NCBI GenBank assembly: GCA_951406725.2
Contig: OX597823.1
Location: forward strand, 107,756,001 to 107,820,000
Source of the DNA: Octopus vulgaris
Taxonomy: Eukaryota
Direction of reading: 5' to 3'
Length of the DNA: 64,000 nucleotides
The notes below the pieces were generated by a model. It was not told the origin of the DNA. It did not search any database and worked only from the letters and a program-made list of their open reading frames with translations. Positions 28,386-44,179 of this stretch are shown here, piece by piece. How positions within the stretch are numbered: the first letter of the stretch is position 1; every line of letters begins with the position of its first letter. Both the position numbers and the translations under genes were made by a program.

Positions 28386-28934
28386 TTTTATATTTATCCA
28401 CCACGAAAAAAAACCCCCGAATATTCTCATTGTATCAGAAAGAATTCAATACAAGACAAGCTTTCGTCTCAGATCGAAGCTTGTCATTTTATTTCCATAG
28501 ATCGATAGAAAATAAACAGTAAGAACTTTCCAAGAAAACATTGGTTTTGAACCCCGCTCCCCAAGTCTAAGGAAATTTAAAAAGCAAACTACTGGCATTG
28601 TCTTTGCCGTATTATTTGGTCTTATTTTTTTAAATATCTATTTTGTTTCTTTTTTGGGAGGGAGAGAGGGGCGACGGGGGCGGGAGCGGGGGCGGAGAGA
28701 AAGGTAAACATTTGTGTGCGTGCGCGCGCGCGTTCCGATGGATTCTGCTCCGGTCTCCATTGCAAGTAATTCCTGCCGTTCTAACAACGGTGCCACCCGG
28801 TCATTTATTGATATAGTGTAAGCAGCTGAGTATTCCGCAGATATCTTCATCTTTAATGTCATTCCCTCAAGCATAAAGAGCGTAGTACAGTGTTTGACAA
28901 GACTGATACTTTGAATTATAGAAATATAATAGAA

Positions 28935-28965
<31 letters not shown>

Positions 28966-29271
28966 AAAGGGCCGCCCTGTGGAATCGAAAACGGGATGTC
29001 ATGAAAGGGAAGTTAACTTCTAAACCACTGGACAATATCGCCCCCCCCCCCGACACACATACATACACACGCTTAATACATGCCCACATGTACACACATA
29101 CATTCACACACACACACACACATATATATAATCAAGAATTATATATAATGTATATGTATATACATGTATATGTGCGTGTGATGTGTGATGTGTATATATA
29201 TGTATATATGTATATATATATGAATATATGTGTATACTTATATATATATATATTTAAATTTAAGTGGTTTC

Positions 29272-29348
<77 letters not shown>

Positions 29349-29567
29349 ATGTATGTATGTATTCTGTTCTCAGCAATGTATGTTGGTGCGTATCTGCGAC
29401 TATGAAAAGTAACGAAGGACTGAGTCTACCTGTTATTAAATGTTGTTCAAACGAAGTGTTACTCTTGTTTCCTTTCGTTTGCTCAATTACGATATATGAC
29501 ACTTCATATCTATGTATATATGTGTGTGTGGAACGCAATACACACCGAATTTATATATGTATATATA

Positions 29568-29641
<74 letters not shown>

Positions 29642-29690
29642 CATTCCTGCATGCACACACACATATATACTCATATACATATTTGTATAT

Positions 29691-29745
<55 letters not shown>

Positions 29746-29911
29746 CGCATATATACATCCAGATATATATATATGTATATATAGATTATATATATATATA
29801 TATATATATAACTGTAAAATTTCAGACTTTCTACTTAATAATACATGATTCGAATGTAGAGTATATAAATATATAAATATATATATATATATATAAACTT
29901 ACTTGGAAATT

Positions 29912-29973
<62 letters not shown>

Positions 29974-31000
29974 CATATATATATACACGTGCATATGCAT
30001 TTTGTTATGCATAAATATGTTATATATATATATCTGTGTGTGACTGTGTGTTGTGTGTGCATGTGTTTATGTCTGTTTATATGCGTGTGGGTGTGTATCT
30101 TTATGTCGTAGGTGAATAAATAGTTCAGGTCCATGTACTTTAAATGATACAATAGAAAAGTAATTTACTATAGTAACCATACCAACACCACCACCACCAC
30201 TACCACCACCACCAGCAACAACAACATTAATAACAACAACAACAACTACAATAACAACAATAGCCAGAACAACAACAATAACAGTTTTAATGACATCAAC
30301 AATTTGTAAAGGTATTAGAAATATTTCAAAGGTAATAGGATAGGCATACCAACGCAGGTGTGTACACGACTACCTGTGTATGTTGTTTGTATATGTGTAC
30401 TGTGAAACATGGATTGTTCAATACGTGTGTGTCTTAGTGTCTGTTTCTCTGTGTGTGTATGTGTATATATATTTATTTATAAATTTAATTCTCCCATAAA
30501 GAAGGAGTTGCTTGCTAACAAAGAAATAAAGCTTTGTCACTGGAATTTGGATAAGGACACCAATAGCTGAACTTTTGAAAAGTCTTGCGTATTGTAACTG
30601 TTCCGCTTACAGACTGCATTTGCAGTCATGACACTTTATCTACTACTGAATCAATTATGAGCTAGAATAATCACAGTAGTGTGTGAGTGAGCATGTGGAT
30701 GTATGGTCAGTCTGTATGTATGTGTAGATGTATATATGTTCGAATTTATGTATGGACGTCGGTGCCCTTGTATAATTCTGCAGTTGGATGGCTGGAGCCA
30801 GGACAAGAGCTTGCCTAATTCTACATTTAGTGTGAATGTGTGTATATGTGTGTGTGTGTGTGTCTGTGTGCGCGCGCGTATGTATATGTGTATGTATATT
30901 TGATTGAATGTATATACATGTACATCTATATATGTATTAATACAACTAATATGGTATTTAAAGACTTCTATATACAAATATGTATGAAGTGTTATTCATC

Positions 31001-31039
<39 letters not shown>

Positions 31040-31344
31040 ACAAACAGACACACATACACACACTCAACCTGTTATATCAACCAGCATTGCAATTGAGGGT
31101 ACAAATACAACAACCGCCTTTGGGAATTTATACAAGATTTGCCAGTCCTAAGGGGTTTAATAAACACTTATGTTTGTTTTTGCGCACAAACTCCTGTTCA
31201 CGTACATAGTCATATAAAACAAAACACGTAATAGTAGACACTTGTATATATATATCTGCGCGCGTGTGTGTATAAACATAAGACTGTATGTGTGCGTGTA
31301 TATATCTCTGCATGCACATCATATTTATATATTTATTATATATT

Positions 31345-31402
<58 letters not shown>

Positions 31403-31556
31403 TATATATAAACATGTATATATATTTACATATGTACATACATATATACATACATACATACATATACATATATATGTACATATATATATATACATATATA
31501 TATACGTATATATATGTAAATATGTATATATATATATGTATATATATATATATGTG

Positions 31557-31657
<101 letters not shown>

Positions 31658-31671
31658 TACACTCACGTATG

Positions 31672-31980
31672 AATGCAGTTAGGCCGAAGTGTTTAGGTAA
31701 TTTGCTTTGCAGCCGCTGCGTCCTGGATACTTTCCCATTGCACGACACCTTAGGCAAATGCCTTCTCGGTGAAATTAGTTAGACGGAGTCTGTATAGAAG
31801 TCCGTCTATACAGGTAACACGTGCAATTCAAAAGGTACAGCGACGTCACATACTGTCCCGTTGATTCTACCTGAGAATTAATTTCAGGGCACGAATGTCG
31901 CTAAGGAATACTCTGCCACTTACGTATTAATTCAAGAGCAGGTAATTCATTCAGTTGATCGACCAACTCAATCGACTTTC
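31672..31980 (+). mobile_element. Diverged CORE-like SINE
   Basis: CCCATTGCACGACACCTTAGGCAAATGCCTTCT...AGACGGA...GAAGTCCGTC, followed by a tail related to 21290-21420. Confidence 0.6.
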
Positions 31981-32139
31981 GGGAAGGATGGGGATCCATC
32001 ATATGTATATTATACATGTGTGTTGTATATTACACCCACACCCACCCATACATACACATATATATGTATGTATGTATATATATGTAAGTATGTATATATG
32101 TGTATATGTATATATAAATGTGTATATATATATACAGGC

Positions 32140-32331
<192 letters not shown>

Positions 32332-32406
32332 ATGTATATATACGTGCATGGAAATTTATTATTATATTAGTTGTTAGTGTGACCCCTGTGTCAAACCGGA
32401 AGAGAA

Positions 32407-32454
<48 letters not shown>

Positions 32455-32758
32455 ACTGCTACTGCGGCTGCTGCTGCTGCATCGTCCACATGTTACAAAT
32501 GTTTCAAATGCCACTAGGTACGACACGAACGGATCACTGCAGTTGATCCCTTACAGGTCCCCTTACGTAACTAAATAAAACGAACAGCCACAACACCGTC
32601 ACTGACAAAGTCATCCCCACCATCACTCCTTTCCTATCAGCTACGCTCCACCTACAGGCACGATTATAGGGGGGGGGGTTCTCAGCAGGATTGCAACAAA
32701 TAAAGAGTGAATATCTATCTGTTTGTATGTCTATTACACACACACACACACACACACA

Positions 32759-32801
<43 letters not shown>

Positions 32802-33031
32802 ACACACACACACGTACACACACATGTTTGGCGTGAGTTGGTATGCGTGTCCACAAGCACTGGTCTGGCAAATCATACATAAATGGGTGTGTGTGATGTG
32901 TGTGTATGTATATAAACACACACACATATATATACACATACACACATATATGTATAAATATATATATACATATATGTATGTGTATATGTATGTATATATG
33001 TACGTATATATATGTATATATGTACGTATAA

Positions 33032-33127
<96 letters not shown>

Positions 33128-33640
33128 ATAGCCCACTCTGATTTGTTTTGTATTTGTTTTCCTTTCATTTATGCTAATTAGTTCTGCTCCTTTCTCTTTA
33201 TGTGTCCTAATTATCTCTCCAAAGTTATAATTGCTGTCATGATGACGGCTATTGAGAGAGAAACATGTATCCGTGGCTGTCCTTTGTTTTACTGTTTTAA
33301 AGACATATCAGATTTTGATTTTTGAGCTTATCTTTCTGTCTCATTTGCAGATGGTGCCAATTGTCAGATAGTGCCAATTGTCTACCCTCTCAGGAATCGG
33401 ACGTAGTGTCAGTAATACCAGGAATTTGTCTTGTATGTATGTCCTTTAATATATCCTATTCGCCTTTTTTGTTCGCATACATGCCACTGGCCACTCTGAG
33501 TTATTTCCCTTAGGTCATTTCTTGTTTCCTTTATGTATATAAAATATACCATACACACGCACGCGCGCACATACAGATGTCCTTTATGTATATACCTTAT
33601 ATACAAGTGCATAATTATATGTATATGTACACTCACAAAC

Positions 33641-33674
<34 letters not shown>

Positions 33675-33751
33675 TATTCATATGTATACACATGTATTTG
33701 TATATATACAAATATATTATGTGTGTGTGCGTATGTATGTATTTATATACT

Positions 33752-33830
33752 TTTTAAAGACAGGATGTTTTTTTTGTTTCAAAGACACCACACACACACA
33801 CACACATTATATATATACATACATGCATAC

Positions 33831-33869
<39 letters not shown>

Positions 33870-33927
33870 ACACATGTGTGTATGTGTGGTGTCTTCAAAA
33901 CAAAAAGAACATCCTGTTTTTTTAAAA
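33752..33927. repeat. About 50-bp near-perfect inverted repeat with a microsatellite loop
   Basis: TTTTAAAGACAGGATGTTTTTTTTGTTTCAAAGACACCACACA at 33752 pairs with TGTGTGGTGTCTTCAAAACAAAAAGAACATCCTGTTTTTTTAAAA ending at 33927. Confidence 0.9.
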
Positions 33928-33988
33928 TCCCCAAAGGATTTTCTTCTTTTGTTTATTTATATATCTGTACACACACGCACACATGTTC

Positions 33989-34102
<114 letters not shown>

Positions 34103-34182
34103 ATATATATATACATATATATATATATACATATATACATATACGTATATATACTTTTATATATATATATATATACATATAC

Positions 34183-34231
<49 letters not shown>

Positions 34232-34686
34232 TACGTATTCTCACTCACGCATAACCGTAATGTGTATCTATGTGTGAATGTTTAATATCTGTGGTTCGTA
34301 AATCACATCACGATGTATCGAGGGTGGTAAACATTTTGGCTCTGCACAATTGACTCCGAGCTCTCCCGGACTTCGATGTCAACAAGTGTGGACCATACGA
34401 ATGTCACTGCATAACCACGGAGCCAGTCAGCACACTCGATCCCTCATCCCTACACTTTGACAGCGCTATATAGACATCTATATCATACTTGGGTGCATAA
34501 TCTAAGTGAACACACACATATACGCATTGTGTGTACCATAAGTTGTATGATTGTGTGTGATGTGTGTGTGTATGTGTGAATACGATGTTTGTGCGTTACC
34601 ATTTACTACGAATAACAAGTGCACTTTGCTTTCATTCATGTAATATTACTATTTATTTAGCGGCACAAATATACATCTGCATGTCT

Positions 34687-34739
<53 letters not shown>

Positions 34740-34875
34740 ACATGCACGTACACATGTATACGCAGCACGTACTATGGGACACTTCATCAGCTGTCTACGA
34801 AAGCGCACAAAAAAATTTCACCTTTCATTCAGTGCCGAACAAGTCTGATGCTACCAAGGGATCGCACCACTTTAT

Positions 34876-34947
<72 letters not shown>

Positions 34948-35112
34948 CCATACATACACAGTGCGTGAATAAACTGGCGTATATTATAAGGTTTGTAAAG
35001 TAATAAGTAGGTTGATAGTTTTCAGTATAAAATGTTATATTAATAGAGCGAAAACGCGGTCACACGTGCTGGCAGGTATACTCGAACACTCATACATTCA
35101 TTCACACACACA

Positions 35113-35153
<41 letters not shown>

Positions 35154-35578
35154 TCACACACACACACACACACGGTGTTGTTTCTCATGAAACTTTAACA
35201 TCAAAGAGAATCACTATAAAGATATGTGACGAGAAATGTCTGAACGGTGAGAAATAGAGCATTAAATATTCCTAGAAAAAAGAAGACAAGTTGTAAGGAC
35301 ATAAGTTTGTGATTCATGGCAAATTTAAAATGGGGCCATTTATGTTTCTCTGTGTGTGTGTGTGTGGTTCTTTGTGTGTGTGTGTGTGTGTGTAGGTTTG
35401 TGTGTGAGTGTGGGTGGATGTAAAATAACAATAACAACAACGCCAGGTTAGTTTCTATAACAACCAAATTTACCCTGAAGTACCATCGAAGGTCTGCCAA
35501 AAGAAGATTTTTTAAAAAATGTGGGCACGTTGGATAATTTGTAGTCCGGAGTATAAATTTGATTGAGGTTCAAACACA

Positions 35579-35643
<65 letters not shown>

Positions 35644-36074
35644 TACATACATACAAATATATATATACGTAGTGTGTATATATGCATAAATATATTTATG
35701 CATACACACATATTTACACATAATTTATACATATTTAATGCATATATGTATGTATGTATGTATATATGTATAAATATGTATGTATGTATGTATATGTGTA
35801 TGTATGTATGTATGTATGTATGTATGTATGTATGTATGTATGTATGTATGTATGTATGTATGTATGTATTGTATGTATGTATTGTATCGACATGTATATA
35901 CCTCAAACAGGAGCAGTTCGATGAAAAATGTTTATACATTTTCTCTCACATATGCGTCCGCGCGCGCGTGTGTGTAACTTGTAGAGACGGCGAGGGGTGT
36001 GACCGACCAATAAAACGAAGAGGATACGATAAAGTGACAGATGGATAAGTCGACTGAACAATAGATGACTAGAT

Positions 36075-36186
<112 letters not shown>

Positions 36187-36482
36187 ACAAACAGTGATAG
36201 ATACACCTCGTACATAATTTGATAGTGAAGGTTGAAATCTCGTCTCTTTGGAAACAAGTCACCTTTGGAAAGGAATGTAAAAAAACACAGAAATGGTAAA
36301 AAGCGGAGACGATATTTAGAGTGGAGATGAAAGCGACATGGAAAGAGTTACAACATACTTTCACTCACACATACACACACACAATTGATCACACGCACTT
36401 ACATACACACACGCACACACGTGCATAACACAAACGTAACGAGAGTGGGAGACAGGATTTGAATGAAAGCGTAAGAGCGACG

Positions 36483-36519
<37 letters not shown>

Positions 36520-36955
36520 CCTCTGTGTGTGTGTGTGTGTGTGTGCGTGTGTGTGTGTGTGTGTTGAAAGAACTGATTTAAAGTGACTAGGGGTTTGGAA
36601 AGAATTATTGTGTATTGGAAACAGAAACGTGTATCTAAGGAGCGTGCTAATTAATAAACAAATTTAGAGATTTAGAATAAATCAATAAAAAAAATCAGTA
36701 ACAAAACAATAAACAAAACACAGGTACACTTCAAACACACACACACACACATACATACATACATGCACACATACCTACGTGGATGTATAAATGTGTGTAG
36801 AGCGCTTATTTTGTATCTGATTGTAAACATACACGTGTGTCACCGTTCACTGTGTGTGTATATCTCTACGTCATACGTTGGTTTGAGTTTTGATGTACCT
36901 TTGAGTGCGCGTATATATATATATATATACATATACATATACATATACATACACA

Positions 36956-37020
<65 letters not shown>

Positions 37021-37024
37021 TTAC

Positions 37025-37056
<32 letters not shown>

Positions 37057-38234
37057 ACATTCTCCATATACATACATATATATCTATTCTCCCCCATACA
37101 CACACATGTATATATATATATATATGTTGTCTTCCGTATATGCATATATATATAGTCGTAAGCTTGACAGTAAAAACAGTATTAGGAAATGATACAGTAG
37201 CTATATAAAAGAACAACGATAAAAGTAAAACACACACACACACATTCGTACAGAAATCGACAATACCGATAAAGAAAAAGAAAAAAAAAAACAATAATTA
37301 GTGAAAGGAGGAATTGGATATATTTACCTGTGGGCAGGTGTTTTAGTTTAGAAGCAACTAAGAGTTGTATGAAGTCGTTTTGGGGAAAAAAACAGAAACG
37401 TATATCACCTACAAATTAACAGTGATGAGCTTGCCTCGGTGTATATATGACCATCTATATATGTGTGTATGCGTACGTATGTAGGTGAGCATGGGTATGT
37501 GTGTATATAGTTATATACTGACATACATGTGTATTCATTTATGGATCGATATCTATGTATAGATCAGTTTTTTAACTGTGTATAGCTATCTGCGTATATT
37601 TGTATTTGCATGTATCGGGGTATAGAAATATATTTATTCGGTGTGTGTATATCGTATTTCTTTTAAAGTCCCATTCGAAGAAAGAAGGAAAACAACAGCG
37701 TTTATAAACTTAGTAAGTGTAAGGCAATAATTGTATATACATCGATGTGTAGATAGGTACTTATGTTTGATATATATACGTGCCTATCAGAATACATGTC
37801 TTTACACATACATATATACAACGCATATATATATATTCGTGTACTGAAGAACCTGTTTGTGTGTGAGTGAGTGGGTGTGTACATATATATGCAACTGTGC
37901 ATTCGAAATCCGTTGTCCTCTTACTGTGAGTATCGATACGGTACACGCATACACACACATACGCATGTAAAAAGAGGTGTTTGTGTGTATGTGTGTGTGT
38001 GCGTCTGTATGTATGTGTGTGTGTATTTAAATATCTAAATATATGCGAATATACATGATTGGTATATGTCGGCATACATGTTGTATACACAGTATATATA
38101 TGTTTGTATTTATGTATGTATGTATATATATATATAAATAAATAAATATATATATATATATGTATGGCTCGCTTTTCTAAACTTACAGACTGGCTTTAAA
38201 AATACGTCCCCTCCAGAATAACTTGTCCAGTGAG

Positions 38235-38299
<65 letters not shown>

Positions 38300-38453
38300 T
38301 ATATTGTGGATCGCCAACTTATGGCGTGAGTCATGCGGTTTTATGTTAAATTCACATGTTTATACTAAGAACATAGATTTGTAAACGCGAGTGAATATAT
38401 GTGTTTGTATGTACGTATTTGAATGTGTATATATGTGTGTGTATGTGAGAGAT

Positions 38454-38518
<65 letters not shown>

Positions 38519-38789
38519 GGGAGAGAGAGAAAGAGAGAGTGTGTGTTAATATGAAATGTGTGTGTATATGTAATCTTGTGTGTTATATGTGTGTGTGTGT
38601 GTTAAGTTTCCACTGAAATAAGCAAGCTTCATCTTGTGTTGTTGAAATCAACTAAACTCTCTTCAGCAGAATAGACTAAAAAAAAAAAAAAATGAAAATT
38701 ACCAATTCAGAATGGCAGTTATTAACATGATTAACATTAATATTATTGTTATTGTTCTTGTTGTTGTAAAATTATTTTATTTATTTATA

Positions 38790-38884
<95 letters not shown>

Positions 38885-39104
38885 GTTTTGCTTTTGAAAA
38901 TTTTAGAAATAACAATATTAATAGTAATTTAAAACAATGATGATGATGATGATGATGATGGTGTTGGTGGTGGTGGTGGTGGTGGTGATGATGATGATGA
39001 TGATGATGATAGGAATGCAAAATAGCAGCATGTAGAGTTGGAGGAACAGATGAGAGCGAGAGAGAGAGGGAGAGAGCGAATGAATGCATTAGATATTTTA
39101 TACG

Positions 39105-39150
<46 letters not shown>

Positions 39151-39436
39151 TATCTCTCTGTCTATCTATCTCTCTGTCTATCTATCTCTCTATCTCTCTG
39201 TGTGTATGTGCTTGTGTATGCATACTGAAAGAGAGAGAGAGAGGGAGAGAGGGAGAGAGAGAGAGTGAATGAAAGAAATTGATGTAGAAAGGCAGGGCAA
39301 AAAGAGAGGCGGAGTTGTTAAAAAAAGGGGAGAGAATGTGTATGTGGATGCTTGCCTCCGTGTATGTGAACATGTGTGCAATTGTGTCTTTATGTGTGTG
39401 TGTGTGTGTCTTTGTGTGTGTGTGTGTGTGTGTGTG

Positions 39437-39473
<37 letters not shown>

Positions 39474-40171
39474 GTATTAAGAAGAGGAGGAAAATGCTTT
39501 TTTTTTTTGTAAAAAGGAAAATGGAAATTCGGGAAGGTTTTAGAAATATGAATTTGGTAGCGTGACGGCAGTAGTGACGGTAGTGGTAATGTGTTGGTGG
39601 TGGTGTTGGTGGTGGTAGTGTCGTTATGTTGAGAGCGGAGGTGGTGGTGGTGGTGGTGGTGGTAGTGTCGTTATGTTGAGAGCGGAGGTGGTGGTGGTGG
39701 TGGTGGTGGTGGTTAATGTTGACGTTGGTGGCGGCGCCGACGACCACAAAAAGTGGCTGTATTAATGGTGCTGGTATTTGAACATTGGTATGACGACGGG
39801 TATCTTGGAGGTAATTGGTGGTGGTGTGGGTGTCAGTATCGATGGTCGTCGTTTATGAGACGACGCGGACGACGACGAAGACAACGACGACGACGATGAT
39901 GATGATGATGACGATGATGATGATGAGCCTAGACTTTGATAATGATGGATTTTTGTGGAAGTGGTGGTAATCGGAGTATAAGTACGTGACTGATGGCTGG
40001 CTGGCTGGCTGCCTGCCTGGGTGGATGTGTGGGCGGGTGGATGTCAAAAAATGAATGAATGACAGTAATAATGTTCACTCTTCCTTTATTTGTATATGTA
40101 TATTTTTTGTTTCTTTATATGTATGTATATATGTGCTTGTAGGTATATGCATGTATACATATATACATATG

Positions 40172-40208
<37 letters not shown>

Positions 40209-40271
40209 TGCATGTACTAAGTCCTAACGATGTTGTTTTTTTCTTGTGTTTTTCTTCGTTTTTTCTTTTGG

Positions 40272-40302
<31 letters not shown>

Positions 40303-40365
40303 GGGTGAGAGAGAGAGAGACAGATCGATAGATACACATGCGACACATGGGTACATATCGATACA

Positions 40366-40413
<48 letters not shown>

Positions 40414-40518
40414 CGCATACAAGCGCATACATAAATGCATTAATATCTATACCTATATGTACATCTTTCTATCTCTATATATATATATGTGTGTGTGTAC
40501 GTGTGTGTGTATATATAA

Positions 40519-40573
<55 letters not shown>

Positions 40574-40679
40574 TTTTGTGTGTGTGTGAACGAGCGTATG
40601 CATTGACATGTCCGTATGTACCAATATATATGTCTGTGTTTATGCTTGTTTAAAATCTGCTACTGACGCTGAGTCCCTC

Positions 40680-41045
40680 TCTGTCACGTAACTTCGCATT
40701 CGACAAACAGAGATCAATGAAATCAGAAGCAGATCTAAAATTAAGTAACGGGTTCGATATGACCGATTAAAACATTGGACTGGGTGTCCCACCCAGCCTG
40801 GTTGCAGTCTAATGATTGAAAGTAATGAATGAAATAGGGTTTTCTAGTTTAGGCAAAAAGCCAGTGATTTCGAAGGAAGGGTATTACTTGATGACATCCA
40901 CCCATCTACCCTTATTTCATCCTGGAGCAATAGAAAGCAAATTTCATCTCGATGGGATTTGAACTCGGACGTTATAGAGCGGGGGGCACCTTCCCTGCCG
41001 CAGGGTACATCTCCGTTGTTCTTGCGATTCGGCCAGCTTGGCGCT
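40680..41045. mobile_element. Diverged family B SINE tail (+, 40680-40830) abutting a diverged family A SINE (-, 40842-41045)
   Basis: GTAACTTCGCATTCGACAAA...GCAGTCTAATGATTGAAA, then GGATTTGAACTCGGACGT...GCCAGCTTGGCGC. Confidence 0.55.
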
Positions 41046-41074
41046 TTGAAAGTAGTAAAAAATATCAAAAGTGC

Positions 41075-41105
41075 ACATACATACATACATACATACATAC
41101 ATACA

Positions 41106-41136
<31 letters not shown>

Positions 41137-41211
41137 CTACATGCATACATACATACATACACACATATATACATATATACATACATACATACATACATAT
41201 CTACATGCATG

Positions 41212-41243
<32 letters not shown>

Positions 41244-41345
41244 CATACATACATACATACATATCTACATGCATGCATACATACATACATACATACATAC
41301 ATGCATACATACATACATGCATACATACATACATACATACATATA

Positions 41346-41379
<34 letters not shown>

Positions 41380-41411
41380 CATACATATATACATATACAT
41401 ACATACACACA

Positions 41412-41445
<34 letters not shown>

Positions 41446-41550
41446 CACACATACATACATACATATATACATACATACATACACACATATAGATACACAC
41501 ACACACACATACGTACATATATACATACATACATACACACACATACATAC
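41075..41550. repeat. (ACAT)n array with repeated ATCTACATGC interruptions
   Basis: Directly visible. Confidence 0.95.
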
Positions 41551-41829
41551 ATATAATTATATTTATGTATATATATATATATGTGTGTGTAAGTGCATAC
41601 GCATGTGTGTCTACATATATATATGTATATATACATGTATGTATACATATATATATATATATCTATATATATATATATAGGTATACGGATTTATATATTT
41701 ATGCATGCGTTTGCATGCATGTAGGTAAGTGAATAATGTATATATGTTTGTATATATGTTTGTATATATGTTTGTATGTATGTTTGTATGTATGTGTGCC
41801 TGTTCGTATGGATGTGTGTGCATGTTTGC

Positions 41830-42000
41830 TATTGTTTAGCCCCAGGTCAACCCTGGTCGTGACCACGCTGTCTTTTTCAGTGAGTGCAGCGCAACATTAG
41901 ATTTAGTGCACCCTTTCCTTTTTTCATGTCCAGAAAGGTGTGCTTGGAGGGGACCGGTGGATGTTTATTTCTCACAGTCCAAGAGGCCACGTAGAGGTAC
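41830..42000 (-). mobile_element. Family D retroposon tail
   Basis: TTGTTTAGCCCCAGGTCAACCCTG is the reverse complement of the tail at 13590-13605 and 43550-43570. Confidence 0.55.
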
Positions 42001-42312
42001 TTTCCGCTGTCCCTGCGTATCTTATTCATAGCGAATTTGTTTATTTATGCACATATGAATATGTATTTATTTATTGCTACATTGTATAGGTATGTCAGAG
42101 ACTAGACGGACGTATTCCTGGCTATGTGTATCGGGATCTCTTACTCTTTTATACACGTGTGTATTTGTTTGCATGTGTATAATATGTGTGTGTGTGACTC
42201 TAAAGGTATATGCATGTATTTATATGTCCCACATATATGCGTCTGTGTATTATATATGTACATATATACATACATACATGCATACATACATATATGTATA
42301 TATATACATACA

Positions 42313-42398
<86 letters not shown>

Positions 42399-42444
42399 TA
42401 CATACATACATGCATACATACATATATGTATATATATACATACA

Positions 42445-42492
<48 letters not shown>

Positions 42493-42895
42493 TATGTGTG
42501 TGTATGGCTGCTGCATAGTGTATACATGTGTGTTTATGCACCTTCCAATTTTTGTATGCAGATAGATGTGCCTCTGTAGCAATTCAAGTTTGTGTAATAG
42601 CTTGTGTGTGTATGTGTGCCTGTATGTTTATTTACATGTATCTATGTATTAAAACACAAACACACGCACGCACGCACGCACTTATAAATGTATGTTTATA
42701 TGCATGTGTATCTATATGGGTGTATACTTTTCTACATGTGTGAATATTCACATATTTATCTTATGTGTTATGTTTGTAGATTGAGTAACGTGTAGAAATT
42801 TTGATGTTAAAATTTATTAGTTACTTTTGATGTTCAAAGCTAGTATGTGTGTGTATGTGTGTCACACACATACACATATATCCATATCCATATAT

Positions 42896-42940
<45 letters not shown>

Positions 42941-43056
42941 TATATATATATATACATATACATGTTTACATACAAGCATGCATATATGTATATATTTGTA
43001 TGTATGTGAGTTTATACACACACACACACACACACGCACTCATATATATACATATG

Positions 43057-43111
<55 letters not shown>

Positions 43112-43389
43112 GATAGGGAAAAAGAGAGAGGTGCGTGACAGAATTGTCATGACATTTGTGCTTTCTGGAGCGTATAATTGGTAAAAATGAGTGACTTCGC
43201 AAGGGAATTGATACCGAGACACACACTACAATGGTTGCTGGTGGTAATATACCTTTACTAAATAAGTGACAAGATATTTTCGGGGAATGGAGGGCGAGGT
43301 GTAAATTCCACACCTGTCCCAAACTCTTTAATGATGTACTTGAAAGAAAACGGTTCTAGCCAGAACCGAAACCAAAATACAGATAAGCT

Positions 43390-43572
43390 AGCGAGAGTCG
43401 CATTATGTGCTAGAAACAGCTACTAAATCTATTTCAAAACATATTTTAGATAAGAATGTCACATCGTCTAATCTACTCCTGAGCACACTTCTTAAAAATA
43501 AACCAACGAGATGGCTACGGATGGCATCCCATTCTACTTTATGTTAGGCCTGAGCTGGAGGCTAAACAACTG
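43390..43572 (+). mobile_element. Family D retroposon tail
   Basis: TGCTAGAAACAGCTACTAAATC...GAGCTGGAGGCTAAACAAC. Confidence 0.55.
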
Positions 43573-44089
43573 TTGCAATGACTCAGTTTATCTTTTCTTT
43601 AATGACAATATAAGACAGCATGTCGGTTTCTGAAGGTCTGTGCCCTACAGCCCCTAATATTCTGAATGTGGTAGAAGGCGATTAAGAAGTTGTGGTGCCT
43701 GTGTCTTTCCGTAGCATCTTAGCATCATAAGTGAAATGAACTGCCATCGAACAGAAGCGAAACCGTATTGCAGATTGACTTGATTTACCGTGATCTTAGG
43801 TCTTGGCTGTGTTCTCTATGTGGACGTTTATCATATCCCCGTTGACAGTATTCTCCATTTCCTTTATACGATGAAAATGCTCGAAGTGTCGGAGGAAAGG
43901 CATGGATGGCGTTGCTCTTTATTTCTCTCTCTTCCCCCCCTCTTTACGTCTCTTCCTCCTTTCTCTTTCACTCTCAAATCATCTCATTATTTCTAACATT
44001 CTCTCTCCCTTTCTACCCCCACTCATAATATATATACATACATACACACACATATATATATATATGCATATATATATATATTTATCACC

Positions 44090-44122
<33 letters not shown>

Positions 44123-44124
44123 TG

Positions 44125-44172
<48 letters not shown>

Positions 44173-44179
44173 TTTTTGT

